DNA of 62,291 nt, filler included, from Squatina squatina (lineage: Eukaryota), in NCBI GenBank assembly GCA_031763465.1. It is 4 parts of 4 records of this genome, joined end to end, with 100 filler letters (N's around TTAATTAATTAA, not from the genome) between each part and the next. Parts side by side here need not be neighbours in the genome. Positions count along the whole stretch, not along the records: positions 1 to 18,043 come from JARFOE010000039.1; positions 18,144 to 34,667 come from JARFOE010000189.1; 2 more parts are not named here. One strand, written 5' to 3'. Within the stretch, counting starts at the first letter, position 1; each line of letters starts with the position of its first letter. The notes under the pieces are model-generated. The model did no database searches. It saw only the letters and a program-made list of their open reading frames with translations, and was not told the DNA's origin. The translations under genes and the position numbers were made by a program. Below, piece after piece: positions 12,833-25,800 of the stretch.

Positions 12833-15590
12833 NNNNNNNNNNNNNNNNNNNNNNNNNNNNNNNNNNNNNNNNNNNNNNNNNNNNNNNNNNNNNNNNNNNN
12901 NNNNNNNNNNNNNNNNNNNNNNNNNNNNNNNNATATGGTCCATTAATATAATAATTTGCATGCATTGGCTGACCTTAAATTGCCAGTGGGATGTAGATCT
13001 TAATGGAAATACGTTCGCTTCAGTTGACTTTTTTGGGGGCTTCAGCTAACTGGGGCTGTCAATAACTTAGAAACTGTGGAGGTAAATGTGTACCCATTTA
13101 TCGTCAAATCTTATGAACGCCGACCCTGATGAGGCCACATACCTGAGTGGCGAGCAATATTGCTTTGTTTCCCAGTCTATATCTGGAGAGAAGGGACGCT
13201 GGGTCTTCGAACCCCCACGAAAAGCAGCCTAACTATTGACATCTGTTGCAATACATGTTAATAAGGTGTGATCGTACAAATAGTTTTAGCTTTGAGTTTG
13301 TGAGTCCTCTTAAGAATTTACAGCATGGAGTGTCTGGATTTTTTTTTTAAAAACCAGGCTGTTGACAAGAAGTGCGCAGTAGCTTGGCGATCTGTCTCGC
13401 TGTGTCCCTCTTTTTTTTTTGCAGGGAAATAATCTTGACTTAAAAGCTATTTTTTGGCATAAAAAGCTATTTTTTTGGCATCAATTGTAACTTGAATAAT
13501 GTTGGCTGTGAACCGAGAATGCTGCAGTCGGTACTGAGGCGACATTTAAGGAATTCGTGCTAAGTTAGCGCAATGGGAATAGAATCACAAATCCGATCTG
13601 TGCTCCAGCAGATCCTCTTGTAGGTGATTTGAAACAGTTNNNNNNNNNNNNNNNNNNNNNNNNNNNNNNNNNNNNNNNNNNNNNNNNNNNNNNNNNNNNN
13701 NNNNNNNNNNNNNNNNNNNNNNNNNNNNNNNNNNNNNNNTGGCAACATTATGAAACACACTGCATCTAGATAGGGTGTAAACGGGGGAAAAAACAACAAC
13801 AGCCATGAGAGGGAAACGAAAACCGAAGCTAATGTAAAAAGAGGTGTAGACATAAAATGGACATGTGCATGGGTGGCCATTGTCATTAGTCACTGGACCA
13901 GTCAACTTCACATGAAACAATTGAGGTAGCTTCTGCAACCAACTCCTGCTGGCTGCACAGAAACCCAAACCATTTTTTTTTTGAGCAGTCTCTCTTAACT
14001 TGACATTTGGGCAGGTGGACCGAGTTAAGTGATTTGACTTAAAAGTCACAAAATAAAAGCTGCCTGCACCAGAACTGTTGTGCAAGCAGAGCTATTTCCT
14101 TTTACTTTTTGGCGCCCCTGAGCCTGGCTTTAATTTGAACGGCGGGGGTGGGGGGAACTGTTGGTGGGGTGGGGAGATCAAATTGGCTGCCCGGGGTAAG
14201 GTGCAGTGAGTGCGAGCAACCGAGGCAACATTTTCACCGTCTTATCCGCGGCGGCACTTGATGAACTGACTGCCCCAGCATTTAGGAGCTTGGAGTAACT
14301 TGCTCGCTTTCTAACCCAGGTTGTGCCTTCCTCACGTACTGTGCCAGAGACTCGGCTCTGAAAGCTCAGAGTGCGTTGCATGAGCAGAAGACATTACCAG
14401 GGGTAAGTAGCTACATTTTTTTTCTTCTTCCTACAGTGTGACCCTATTTTCTCTCCCCACCTCGACACACGTTGCGAGGCGCAGTGCCTTGGTGATTTCT
14501 TTGTGTGATCTCCGTGTTATCAGTGGCGCACATGTACGAGTGTACCAGTTGCTTCAGCGACAGAGCCGAAGAGGAGGGCTTTGTTTTCCATGTTGTTCTT
14601 TCTCAACCCACCCCCGGTAAAGTAAGCTGTCAATCTGTCTTGTCAGCTGCAAAGCTTGAAATTGCAGCTGACAAGATCGTTGCAAGATTCCACGTCGTCC
14701 CTAACGCTAGTTAAACGCATTGATAGAAATCCGTTGAGAAACTGTGTGAGCATTACTACTCTCGACTTTTAAAATGAGGGTTGCCTGTCCCACGGAGTAG
14801 ACTGTGAGGTTGACACGACGCGTTGAGTTTAATTCCCACTACTTTAAATTCTCGTTTTTAAATTGTTTTCTATCTCGGCACTTATGATTTTTACGTGTGT
14901 GTGTGTGTTTGAGCTGAATGCAGTTATGCCTGTCTTCTCTTGCACTTTTTGGTGACCGTGGTAGGGTTTTTTTTGGGAGGAAGGGGAGAGTCTCGTTGAT
15001 TTGCACTTTGAGCTCCACTGGGTTGAATTAAATCTTTAGGCACATCGTGCTGCAGTATCTGCATTGTTTTAGTCACAAATGTAAGCAGCTGAGGTGAATG
15101 TAACAGGCTCTCGGAGAGAAGATTCACACCTTACAAAGAGGGGACGAGAAAAAAGAAGCTGGAAATTAAACACTGCAACATCCACTTGACGCTTGCCATT
15201 TTTACCAAGGGAATACAGTTGCATCCACATTTAGCATTATCTGTGCTCCTGCGTCTCAATACATAGAACAGGCAGTGAAAAAAAAATGTTGTTGCCATAC
15301 CTGCTGTATTCTTGAAATGGACCCCCCACCCCGCCAAAAAAAAAATGGAAGTACATCTGTTTAAGCGTAAATATTACAAATGCCATTTGCATTCTCTTTT
15401 TATTGGCAACCGTGACTTAAAGACTTCCTAATCTGGAGATGTTACTGAAGTTAGTGGCAGATGTGAAACGGTTGCAACAATGATATTTAANNNNNNNNNN
15501 NNNNNNNNNNNNNNNNNNNNNNNNNNNNNNNNNNNNNNNNNNNNNNNNNNNNNNNNNNNNNNNNNNNNNNNNNNNNNNNNNNNNNNNNNN

Positions 15591-15735
15591 CCTTGATACC
15601 CATATCTTTGTCCAAGGTTTTGGTCACCCTTCCTAATATCTCCGTCTTTGGCTCGGTGTCTGTTCTTGTCTGAGTACACCTCTGTGAAGCAAAAGTTTTC
15701 TTCATTAAAGGAGCTAAACAAATTCAAGTTGTTGT
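15591..15735 (+). mobile_element. L2-type LINE 3' tail
   Basis: TTTTGGTCACCCTTCCTAATATCTCC..GGCTCGGTGTC..CAAGTTGTTGTT; second copy at 16090-16275. Confidence 0.6.
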
Positions 15736-16089
15736 TTTATAAGCACTTCAGAAAGGAGAAAATTCAAGGATGTGTGGCAGATGTAATGTAATAAATTGAA
15801 GTGTTTTCTTACCATTGTCTGAACCCTGACAAATGTTAGTGATGCTCTCCTTTCTAATCTTCATGCTGTGAAGCCATGGGGTCCACTGGCTGAGACCTTG
15901 GATGAGCCTAATCCTAATAAGTATGTTGGCTTCCTCATCACTGTAGATAATTGGTCAATCTCCAGCCAAGGTACTGCATCAGAGGCAGGTGGAGTGAGTA
16001 CATGCACATGCTTCAGATTACTGCCGACACACCTTTTTAGAGACTTCTCTCATCCAATGCTTGGATTTGTGATGCATCAGTTGTTGTGG

Positions 16090-16275
16090 CTCTAAGCTCT
16101 GGAATTACCTCTCTACCCCCCTCTCTCTCTCCCTTTTAAGATGCTTCTTAATAACCTTCCACTTTGACTAAGCTTTTGGTCATCTGTCCTAATATCTCCT
16201 CCTGTTGCTCAGCATCAAATTTTGTTTGATGCCTTGGGACTTTTTACTGTTAAGGCTTATAAATGCAAGTTGTTG
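16090..16275 (+). mobile_element. L2-type LINE 3' tail
   Basis: GCTCTGGAATT..GCTTTTGGTCATCTGTCCTAATATCTCC..TATAAATGCAAGTTGTTG. Confidence 0.6.
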
Positions 16276-17987
16276 AAACTAGCCTCGTGTTTACAGCCCT
16301 GTTGTGAGGGGGACGGACAAAATCAGAATAAGCGAGCCAAGGTAAATAAGTCCAACAACTTCCTGCCTGAATCCCTCAATGTCAACCAGGAAAGCCCTCG
16401 TCAATGTCCACGGGACACCTAGCCACTGCCCATCCCATGCCACCAAGACTGAACCAACCCCCCTCAACCCACATACATGCACTGCTCCTACCATCTGCAT
16501 AACCTGATGCAACGTTGCTCTGTGTCTACTGGCCAATCCAGACTGAGCTGGGGGCTTTGTATCATTTATCTGAGTTAAACCTTTGAAGTCCCCATCCAGT
16601 TTTTATTTAAATGTTACAGGTGAGATCACTTCTCGTCATCAGGGACATCATTTAATTCCATATTTCAACAGTAAGATTCCATTTATTTTTGTGCCTACTT
16701 CTTCAAATTTAAGATCAAAAAAGTGGAGGGCTTTTGATGTGATCACTGTGAGGGATCGGAGATGAACACGGGGAAATTAATATTTCCATGTCACCATCCA
16801 AGATGCAATGGAAAGTTCATATTTAGGTTACGGCTATAATTAGGGCCACTGTTTTGCAGTGATTTGAATAAGTCAAACTCTCTCCTTTATTATATGGATT
16901 TCTGAGGCCTATAATTGGTGTTTGAAGGATCACGTTCCTAAATTCCGTCCATTTTCTGTGCATGCAGACCGCGAGCCAGTGACCTCCGTCATAATGAGCT
17001 GTGCATATTATTTCAGTTCCCTGGCGTTGATGGGCTTAGTGTCACCAGTCCCTCTTTTTAATAAACGGAATTATCATTAACTTGCAATGCACAGCGCATA
17101 TTAATTCAGCCTCCTTGCATCCGTCCTCAGTAACTCCTCCAAACCAGTTCTCGCAACAGTGCCATTATAATTAACCTTGACCTGTATTCTCTTCCCCGCC
17201 GTCCCCCTCACACACACCCACATTTCTGTTGATTTATACATGGTTTATTCATTTTTCACTTATGAATAATTTATNNNNNNNNNNNNNNNNNNNNNNNNNN
17301 NNNNNNNNNNNNNNNNNNNNNNNNNNNNNNNNNNNNNNNNNNNNNNNNNNNNNNNNNNNNNNNNNNNNNNNNNNTTAGGGACGGAATTCCAGAGCCCAGA
17401 GCATTGGCCACTGAAGGCATGGCCGCCAAGGGTGGAGCGATTTAAAATCAGGGATGTTCAAGAGGCCAGGGTGAAGCTGACCATTTTTCAAAACTCATTT
17501 ATACGGTAGCCCAGCAGGATCAGTGCCAAGCTCTGCAAAACACGTGGGCAACTAACTGAATTCTGCCATTTCCCCCATGGAGCATAATTAGGGAACAGAT
17601 GGGTGTTAAATAGGGCTGGAAGTGAATGATAAACATTTCTATCTGTTAGGCCGTGCCTGGTGGGAATAGAGCAACTACGCTTCCGGTGATATATTTTGGG
17701 AACAAACACAAGGTGTCTGCGAGAGAAGGCTTGGTTCAAAGTGCTGCCTTCTGTATACAGCGCAATAATCTGTTATCGGAGTGTGAAGGTTAACGCACCT
17801 CAAACAATGGAAACAGCTGCTGCGAGCCATAAACAGGCAAGTGGCGAGACCTGTGCTTTCTGCTCATTCATCAAGATTATTTAAACAAGGAGAAATCAGG
17901 CCCACATGTAAATGTTTGCTCACAGCAGGCAATCTGGAAGCAATGCAACGGTGACCTGTTTACATTCAGCTTGATTTGGGTACCTCT

Positions 17988-18043
17988 ATCAGCTGTGGCT
18001 CAGTGGGTAGCACACTCACCTCTGATTCAGAAGGTTGTGGGTT
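17988..18043 (+). mobile_element. tRNA-derived 5' head of the SacSINE1-like SINE
   Basis: TCAGCTGTGGCTCAGTGGGTAGCAC (A box); closely matches the reverse complement of the head of 34862-35326; cut off at the linker. Confidence 0.8.
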
Positions 18044-18143
18044 NNNNNNNNNNNNNNNNNNNNNNNNNNNNNNNNNNNNNNNNNNNNTTAATTAATTAAN
18101 NNNNNNNNNNNNNNNNNNNNNNNNNNNNNNNNNNNNNNNNNNN
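18044..18143. other. Artificial scaffold linker 44N-TTAATTAATTAA-44N
   Basis: Exactly 100 bp; palindromic 12-mer (18088-18099) with stop codons in all six frames. Confidence 0.95.
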
Positions 18144-19820
18144 CCGTTCAGTTAGATCATGGCTGATCTGTACTTCAGTGAGTTAATCATGCTTGCAAAA
18201 ACGTTTGAAGAGCATTTGTCACCGCGTTTGTCTTTCCAGTGTCATTTCACATGCTGGACGGAGATGATCTTTTCTATAGTACTTTATACCTCTTTCAAAA
18301 TCTATTAATTCAGGTGCTTTGCGTAGGCAGTGTCGGTATCTCCTCCCAGCCAGATCCTCTGATGCTGTCATTATAGCCAATCGGGCTTTAAATAAACTTA
18401 TGTTTAAAAACAAGTGACNNNNNNNNNNATTGAAGGAAGCAGTACTGATCAGTAATTTTGGCAAGCCTTCTGTTTGCAGACTAAAAATTGCTTCATAGGA
18501 ATATGATGTACACATTTCACCCACAGTAGACAGCTGTATGAGTCAGTCTGGATCGAAATAACATGCTCAAAACGGTCTCATAAGGTGTGAGCATCTTGTA
18601 GTCACTCCACCACCAACAGGAGGCATGGGTAGTGATTGCCACATCATTCTATGACTATCTTAAGTGTGGCATTTTGGTTGAGACAGATTTATTGACNNNN
18701 NNNNNNNNNNNNNNNNNNNNNNNNNNNNNNNNNNNNNNNNNNNNNNNNNNNNNNNNNNNNNNNNNNNNNNNNNNNNNNNNNNNNNNNNNNNNNNNNTTCT
18801 GGTCAGCGAGGTATTAAATTAATAATTAACTAATCTAATTAAGGTCCCTGCAACAAGAACTAGAGGTTAGGAGAATAGTTTTGGAAGAGGAATCTAACAG
18901 CTTTTAATCAGGAAGTGCATATTTGAAAATCAAAATTTAAAGAATGGGGATAGGGACTAAGCGGTTTGCTACTTAAGTGAGTGGGTACGGGTGTGATAGA
19001 ATCTTACAAAAATAGAAGGAGGCTAAGTAAACATTTCCTAATTCAGGGAACAATCTAAATGAACAGCATGTTTTGTGAATCCCGCATTTTCCTAATTGTA
19101 GTTTATGCTAGCCAGGCGAGTTTACAGTAAATAATTTTTTTTAATGTCATGTCAGAGAAAATATATGGATATCTTGAAAGCTTTAAGCTTAGGAAAATGC
19201 GGACTGTAAAGTTGATAGCTTTGTATAATCATTCCTCCAACATTCAGTTCCATTATGCCGTGAATCCAACGTTTTAAATTAATATCACCAGACAATACTG
19301 ATCTTTAAAGAAGATGAATTGATCTAACCATTTGGCCTGGATGGGTAAGCTGTGTGTGCCAGTATTTCCTTGTTTATATTTATTCAAAACATCAGCTTTG
19401 ATATAATTCCGTTCCATCTCACGGAGAAGATGACTGCAGGCACATTAAGGATATCAGATGGATTGCTTAATTTGAATGTACAATTCCCTTCTTACCGGCA
19501 TGTAATTGAAAACCGCTCTTTTATCTAGCCTGCCCACAGATCAATTCTGTGTGTTCTATTAAGCTCTTGAGAATGGCAGTTCTTTTATAGTATCACCATG
19601 CAAACGGGGAAAAGGAACCCTGAAAATTCACGTTGGATTTGTGCCTGTAGGCATAATGCTTTCAGAGATTAAAAACAACAGATGTTGCTGGAGGAAGATA
19701 TTGGGTGAAACCTGCCATAAAAAATCTGTAGAGATATCAGCGTTATTAAAGACAGGTAACTTTAAAATGCTGATGTGTGATGTTTCACTGCAGGTCTTTA
19801 CTATGAACTGATTGAATTTC

Positions 19821-19892
19821 CTGAATGGTCAAATTGTCCATGACCTGCTGCAGCAAATCATGCGTGTCAATACCAAGTTTCCAGGAAATTCC
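19821..19892 (+). mobile_element. PIF/Harbinger (HARBI1-like) transposase fragment
   Basis: LNGQIVHDLLQQIMRVNTKFPGNS resembles the conserved SLNVQxVCD..I..V.AxxPGSxHD block. Confidence 0.5.
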
Positions 19893-21685
19893 CGGCCGTT
19901 ATGCAGGCTAAGTAGTCTGCAAGTGTGATCAATACGACCTACAGGCAGCAGGTGATCCTGTCACATGAGCGGGCAGCTTTTTACAAAAAGGAGAAAAAAA
20001 CAATCAAAAATAGTCTTATTCACATCACTCAATGTTGTTTTCTGCTGTGAGGCTGTTTTGCAGCATTACTCGCAAAACAAGGTGATTCGCGGGAACATTT
20101 ATTTTAACAACAGCCTTGTTCCTTTTTCCAAGGACACGGATTGTACAGCCTCAGGTCCCTTTGTGTTTTTGGAACCCCTGGGTGTTAAGGTCAGGAAATA
20201 ACTGAAATATCAAGGAAAACATGTTATTCTTCACAACAGCAATTTGCACCGACACTTCTGAACAAGCCACGATGCTCAGCTACATTGGAAAAATTCAAGT
20301 TGCAAGGGGGTGAATTTCCTCACTGCTTCCAGCGCACTTACTGTGCTGGGACGGCGTAGGAAACTTCTCGTGCCCGGAAAGTCATGCAGAAGCCCGGCTT
20401 CTACCCAGGGTCCTTGCGCTTCCGCAGCTTGCTCGCCACCCATCCGTTAGAAAGTGAAAGCCAATGGTGAAGGACCTCCGAGTTTCCTGAAGTGGGACTG
20501 CTGCAGCCCGGGAAAGTGGTGGGGTTGGAAGGTAACTTAGACACAGGCGAACATCAGGGGCTCCTGNNNNNNNNNNNNNNNNNNNNNNNNNNNNNNNNNN
20601 NNNNNNNNNNNNNNNNNNNNNNNNNNNNNNNNNNNNNNNNNNNNNNNNNNNNNNNNNNNNNNNNNNAGTTCTCTGTTGACAAAACCGAGGGAGAGATTAG
20701 GAGAGAAGTACAGAATAGCCATGATCTAATTGAATGGTGGAGCAGGCTCAAGGGGCTGAATGGCTTACTCCTATTCCTATCTGTCTTTGCGCCAGAAAAA
20801 GCTGGTATGAAGGCATCCAGTTTGCAGGCATGTTCCACAGTCTCTGTTTTAAGTGGCAGCACTTTGTTTTTTTAAGGTTAAAATCGAAAATGTCACCGCT
20901 TTTCAAATTCCACTCACATAATACTGCAACTAGGTCAGCAAGTATGATTTCAAGAAAGTTGCTTCCTTGAGAAAGAGGCAGCAGCTTGTTCCGAGGTAGA
21001 TTTACTTACCCTGCGCTATGACGGGAGATGCTTGCAGATTTGTTGAAGGCTTTAAGCACACAGTCTGGAATTCGCTATTAGCTTATTGCCTCTATTGCTT
21101 TGCTTGAACTCTGCCCCCACCACCCAGTCAGGAATAATTGCAGTACAGGAAGTTATATATACGGGTGGAATAGTTGCGTAGTTTAACATACTGAAGGCAT
21201 TCTTGTCAAAAGAATATTTCAAAGATCTTGAAGCCAGGCTGAAATTAAAGTAACAACAATACAAATCAATTGTGTTTTACTTTACACCCCAATATAGTCA
21301 CTTGTATATAAATGAATACCATATGCTGGCAATCTCTCTGCAGGAAAGACATTCAGTATGCAATAAATTATTTCTAACTTTTTAAAAATAGATAATGCTT
21401 CCCCTTAGCCATCACTGAACATATACTGCAGAACAAAATGGTAGCTATGAAAATGTTATCACATTTTCTATCACATTCTGTATTATATTGCATTATAATA
21501 TGCAAAGCACAAAAATGAAGAGCGAGAAAAGCTATCGTATTAGTAATAGTATTTTCTGAATAAATGGGAAATTTGCAGCACCTTCTCATCTGCTAAGCTG
21601 GAAATATGTTTTCAAATGGATAACTGGCCGAGTGCCAGCTGATACTTACAGGCACGATTGATAGCTTTGCCCTCTTTCACCATGA

Positions 21686-22096
21686 AGAAAGAAGGAACTT
21701 GCATTTATATAGCACCTGTCATGACCTCAGGACATTGCAAAGCACATTACAGCCAATGATGTACTTCTGGAGTGTAGGCATTATTGTAATGTAGGAAACA
21801 CGGCAGCCAATTTTGTGCACAGCAAGCTCCCGCAAACAGCAGTGTGATACTGACCAGATATTTAGGTGTTGNNNNNNNNNNCAAATCACTCCCCTGCATT
21901 TCTTCAAACTTGTGCTACAGGATCTTTTACGTCCATCTGAGAGGGCAGACAGGGCCTTGGATTAATATCTCATCTGAAAGACGGCACCTCTGACAGTGCA
22001 GCACTCCCTCAGTTTTTGGGCTCAAGTCTCTGGGACTTGAACCCAAAACCTTCTGACTCAGAGGTGAGAGTGCTACCACTAAGCCACAACCGACAC
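21686..22096 (-). mobile_element. SacSINE1-like Deu-SINE, near full length (10-N gap inside)
   Basis: Collinear with 34862-35326 from the tail to the tRNA-like head (GGGACTTGAACCC, B box on the minus strand). Confidence 0.85.
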
Positions 22097-23529
22097 ATGT
22101 TGATTCAATGTTAGTAGTTACACCTTTATAGGTAGTTTTGCTACAGCCTAATAGTTTTCACNNNNNNNNNNNNNNNNNNNNNNNNNNNNNNNNNNNNNNN
22201 NNNNNNNNNNNNNNNNNNNNNNNNNNNNNNNNNNNNNNNNNNNNNNNNNNNNNNNNNNNNNACCCACCTGTTTCCTCCATGGGCAACACAAGGACGTCCA
22301 TTTTGAAGGGCACCTGCAGAAGCTGGTGTTAAGTCTTGCATCTGTGCTACCTGAGAGGGGAAGGATTCAGCAAGGCAAGGTCTGAGAAGGTAAGTGGACC
22401 CTTCCTTCTCGCCCTCCCCTATGGTCTTCAGCTATTCACGCGGGTGGGGGGTGAGGGTGTCTGCAGCCAGGTCATGCAAATGCCCCAGCCCACTAAAGTT
22501 GGCCGCGCTGATGGGCACAGCACGCTTTGGGCATTGCTGCAACAAAAAGCATGCGGGCAACGAGCGAGTGGAATATCAGCGCCTTACCTCTAGAATCACA
22601 CCTGTGCAATGGTCGCCTGGATGAGGGTCGAGAGAGCGCGGCTTGAGCAGACACGTGCGCACAAAATTGGAGAGGCCAGGTGCTCCATCACCAATATCTT
22701 ACAACTGAATCAAAGTAATGCACGCAGCACTAAGGCATTTGTATGCTACTGGTACAGCAAAACTTATTAAATACATAAGAGCTGTGCAAAGCAATTTTAC
22801 ACTTTCCAGGCATCAGAGCCAATGTATTGGATCATTTCCCATACATAATTTTTATGCAATAAAGCATGATCTTTGTCGAAATGTCANNNNNNNNNNNNNN
22901 NNNNNNNNNNNNNNNNNNNNNNNNNNNNNNNNNNNNNNNNNNNNNNNNNNNNNNNNNNNNNNNNNNNNNNNNNNNNNNNNNNNNNNGTGCCTCCAGGGCT
23001 CCCTCAGTGAAGCGAGGTGCCCTGACTCTTGCTTCATCTCTCTGAACCATCTCCTGAACTGTTATGCACTCTAGAATTGCAGACTTTTCTCACCTCCTCC
23101 TCCAATACTGACCTAAGCAGTGGCTGTGTGTGGGAAAGGCCCCCCTTTAAATATTGATGTGGGCTCATAGGTAAGTGGAAGCAGTTAGGCCAATTGAGGA
23201 ATTCTACAGCTGAAATAAACTAAGAAAATCAGCGCTAGGCATGGGTCCACTAGCACTGAAATTAGCACGTTTTTTTAAAGCTGTCTGTGAGTTTTTTTCT
23301 AAGTGTCAAATTGCTGGACTTTAAAAAAATTTCAAAGACCTGAACTTTGCGCTCTCCAATTCATGCCTTAGCACCAGAAACTCAGGGCAGTCGAATTGGG
23401 TTCCCTATTTGTTTTAACATCCCATTTTTGCAAGTGTGGGGCTTTTTTGTGCAATATGAACCTTCTGCCCTATTTCCGCTCACTTGCAATATCAAACTTG
23501 GCAACTCTGCCGAGTCAATTCTCCCGATG

Positions 23530-24065
23530 TCATAAGTCAAGACGAGTTATGTTAACCTTGTACAGATCATTGGTGAGGCCAGACTTGCGACACTGTGTTT
23601 GGCTCCCTTCCCATCAAAAGGACATTGATGCATTGGAAAAGGCTCAGAGTTGAGCTTAGGGCTCCTAGTAATGAAAAAAGACTCGTAGAACTGAGCTATG
23701 TTTTCATTGGAGAAAAGAAGATTGATAAAAGGACACGGTCCAGGTCATTGAAATGCTGTAGCAAATGAATAATATTGATACAAGCTGATTATTAAATGTG
23801 GAATGTGAGCATTGAATGCATGAGCACAAAATTAAGAGTTTGAGATTAGAAAATTCAGACCGCCAGATAAAGTAATTAATGCTGTGGAAAATTGGATATT
23901 GCAGCAATTGAAAGGATGCAGAAGAGAGCAACCAAAATGATTGAGGGGGTGAATGGATTGGATTATGAGGAACAGTTATGAAAATTGGTCATGTTTCCAC
24001 TGGAAAAGGGAAGGTTTAGAGGAGATATGATTGCTGTTTTTAGGATTCTAAAGGAATTAGAAAAT
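23530..24065 (+). mobile_element. Old CR1 ORF2 C-terminal fragments
   Basis: VMLTLYRSLVRPDLRHCVWLPSHQKDIDALEK and FPLEKGRFRGDMIAVFRILK. Confidence 0.7.
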
Positions 24066-25455
24066 GTACATACAATTACAGCACAGAAACAGGACCCACA
24101 GACTTTCCGACCCTTAACCTACCTCTCCAGGCCCTCTGATGTCTCAGCACCCCACGGCCCTCAATCTCACTGGGGCACCACACCAATGCCACCTACCCAC
24201 CCCCCCGCCCCTCCCCCCCCCCACCCCGACCCATGATCTCTCCCTCCGTCCCTTCCTCCCCTACACTCCCCAGCTGCACCCTGGTGCTACAGGCCCGCCC
24301 ACTCCAACGGCCAGCCAGCCTCTCAATCGGCGGGCNNNNNNNNNNNNNNNNNNNNNNNNNNNNNNNNNNNNNNNNNNNNNNNNNNNNNNNNNNNNNNNNN
24401 NNNNNNNNNNNNNNNNNNNNNNNNNNNNNNNNNNNATGCTGCCCATCTAATCTGATGAGTTTTACCAGCTTTTTCTGTTTTTATTATAGGTGGAGAAGTG
24501 AATTGTTCCTAGCACAGATATACTTCTCCAATACCCAAAAATTACAAAGGAATCAGTCGACTAAAGCTTAAAAAAACCCACTCCTTTCATTCTGTGCATT
24601 ATTGTTCAAAAAATAAACAAGTTAAATCTCAGCTTACTGTAAAGTTAAAAAAGAAATATTAACGCTACATGAGAATTATTTTGTTATTGAAGCATGACCT
24701 GTTTCCTGGGATCTCTGTTATTCATGCAGATGAGTAAGTGGAGATATTGTAAGCACAGTCGCTATGGCTACAGGTGAGGTCAAGTTGTGTGGAGCAACAC
24801 AAGGTTTTGAAAAAGGGATATGCTTCAAAGCAAGACTTGCAACGATCTAAATGGATGGCAGGTAATGTTTGATATTGATAAACCGAGATTGAAGCTTATT
24901 AATTGGGAGCAGTACTTGGCCAGACACTGATAGCATCAACACGTTGCTTAGGTTAATTGAATGTTTGGGCATCCAAGTCGACCCACAGAATATAAATACA
25001 AGTAAGTGTTTTTTATGCTCAAAGATAGAGGCAGTGGAAAGGATTTGAAAAAGAGCACAGTGGGGATGATTCTAGATTAGATATCATTGAACTGTGAAGA
25101 AAAGGACCAGTCATTTTTCACTGGAATACAAAAGCCACAGTTTAAGTTTTTGAACACATGAAGGGAATTAAATGGGGGTAAATACTGAATGAGCACTAAA
25201 CCGTGATGAGGGAATGAAGCAACATGATTATAAACTCTGGGTGCCTCAACCGAAGTAGCTTTTTCACACTTGCCATTGACAGAGTTTAGAATTGACTCTT
25301 GAGAGTGCTGGAGAGGCGGAAGGAGTAATTCTGCTCCTCCACTTTGGGCTGACTGNNNNNNNNNNNNNNNNNNNNNNNNNNNNNNNNNNNNNNNNNNNNN
25401 NNNNNNNNNNNNNNNNNNNNNNNNNNNNNNNNNNNNNNNNNNNNNNNNNNNNNNN

Positions 25456-25800
25456 TCACAGGATTGTCATCAGATACACAAGTTGACACCGAGCCAAAGG
25501 AGGAGACATCAGGACAGGTAACCGATAGCTTGGTCAGAGTTAGGTTTTAAGGCATGTCTTAAAAAAGGGGGAGAGGTGGAGAGTTGAGTATATTCAAGGC
25601 CGAAATGAAGAGTTTCTTGGATTCTCAGGGAATCAAGGGATATGGAGATCGGGCAGGAAAGTAGAGTTGAGATCAAAGATCAGCCATGACATTGAATTGC
25701 AGAGCAGGTTTGAGGGGCCGAATGGCCTACTCCTGCTCCTAATTCTTATGTTTTAGGAGAGGGAATTCCAGAGATTAGGGCCTAGGCAGCTGCCAGCACA
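25456..25800. mobile_element. L2-type 3' tail (minus) interrupted by a CR1 3' end (plus, about 25580-25752)
   Basis: L2-like GACACCGAGCCAAAGGAGGAGAC..GGAGAGGTGGAGA breaks off; the CR1 tail ends CCTAATTCTTATG; L2-like sequence resumes with GGGAATTCCAGAG..GGCCTAGGCAGCTG. Confidence 0.6.

Noticed and set aside
13126-13165. Hammerhead-like CTGATGAG-GCCAC..GTGGC-GAGCAATATTGCT
   Set aside because: Stem II and a palindromic stem III are present, but the GAAA box is missing and no stem I can form.
13442-13481. About 20-bp tandem duplication AAAAGCTATTTTTTGGCAT
   Set aside because: Ordinary slippage duplication or assembly overlap; no further structure.
17988-18043. tRNA genes (also near 22030-22096, 35245-35326, 48390-48450)
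   Set aside because: The A/B boxes belong to SINE heads; where flanking sequence is present it continues into the SINE body, and no full cloverleaf is evident.
18088-18099. TTAATTAATTAA as a homeodomain site or biological palindrome
   Set aside because: Centred in exactly 44+44 N three times; an artificial linker.
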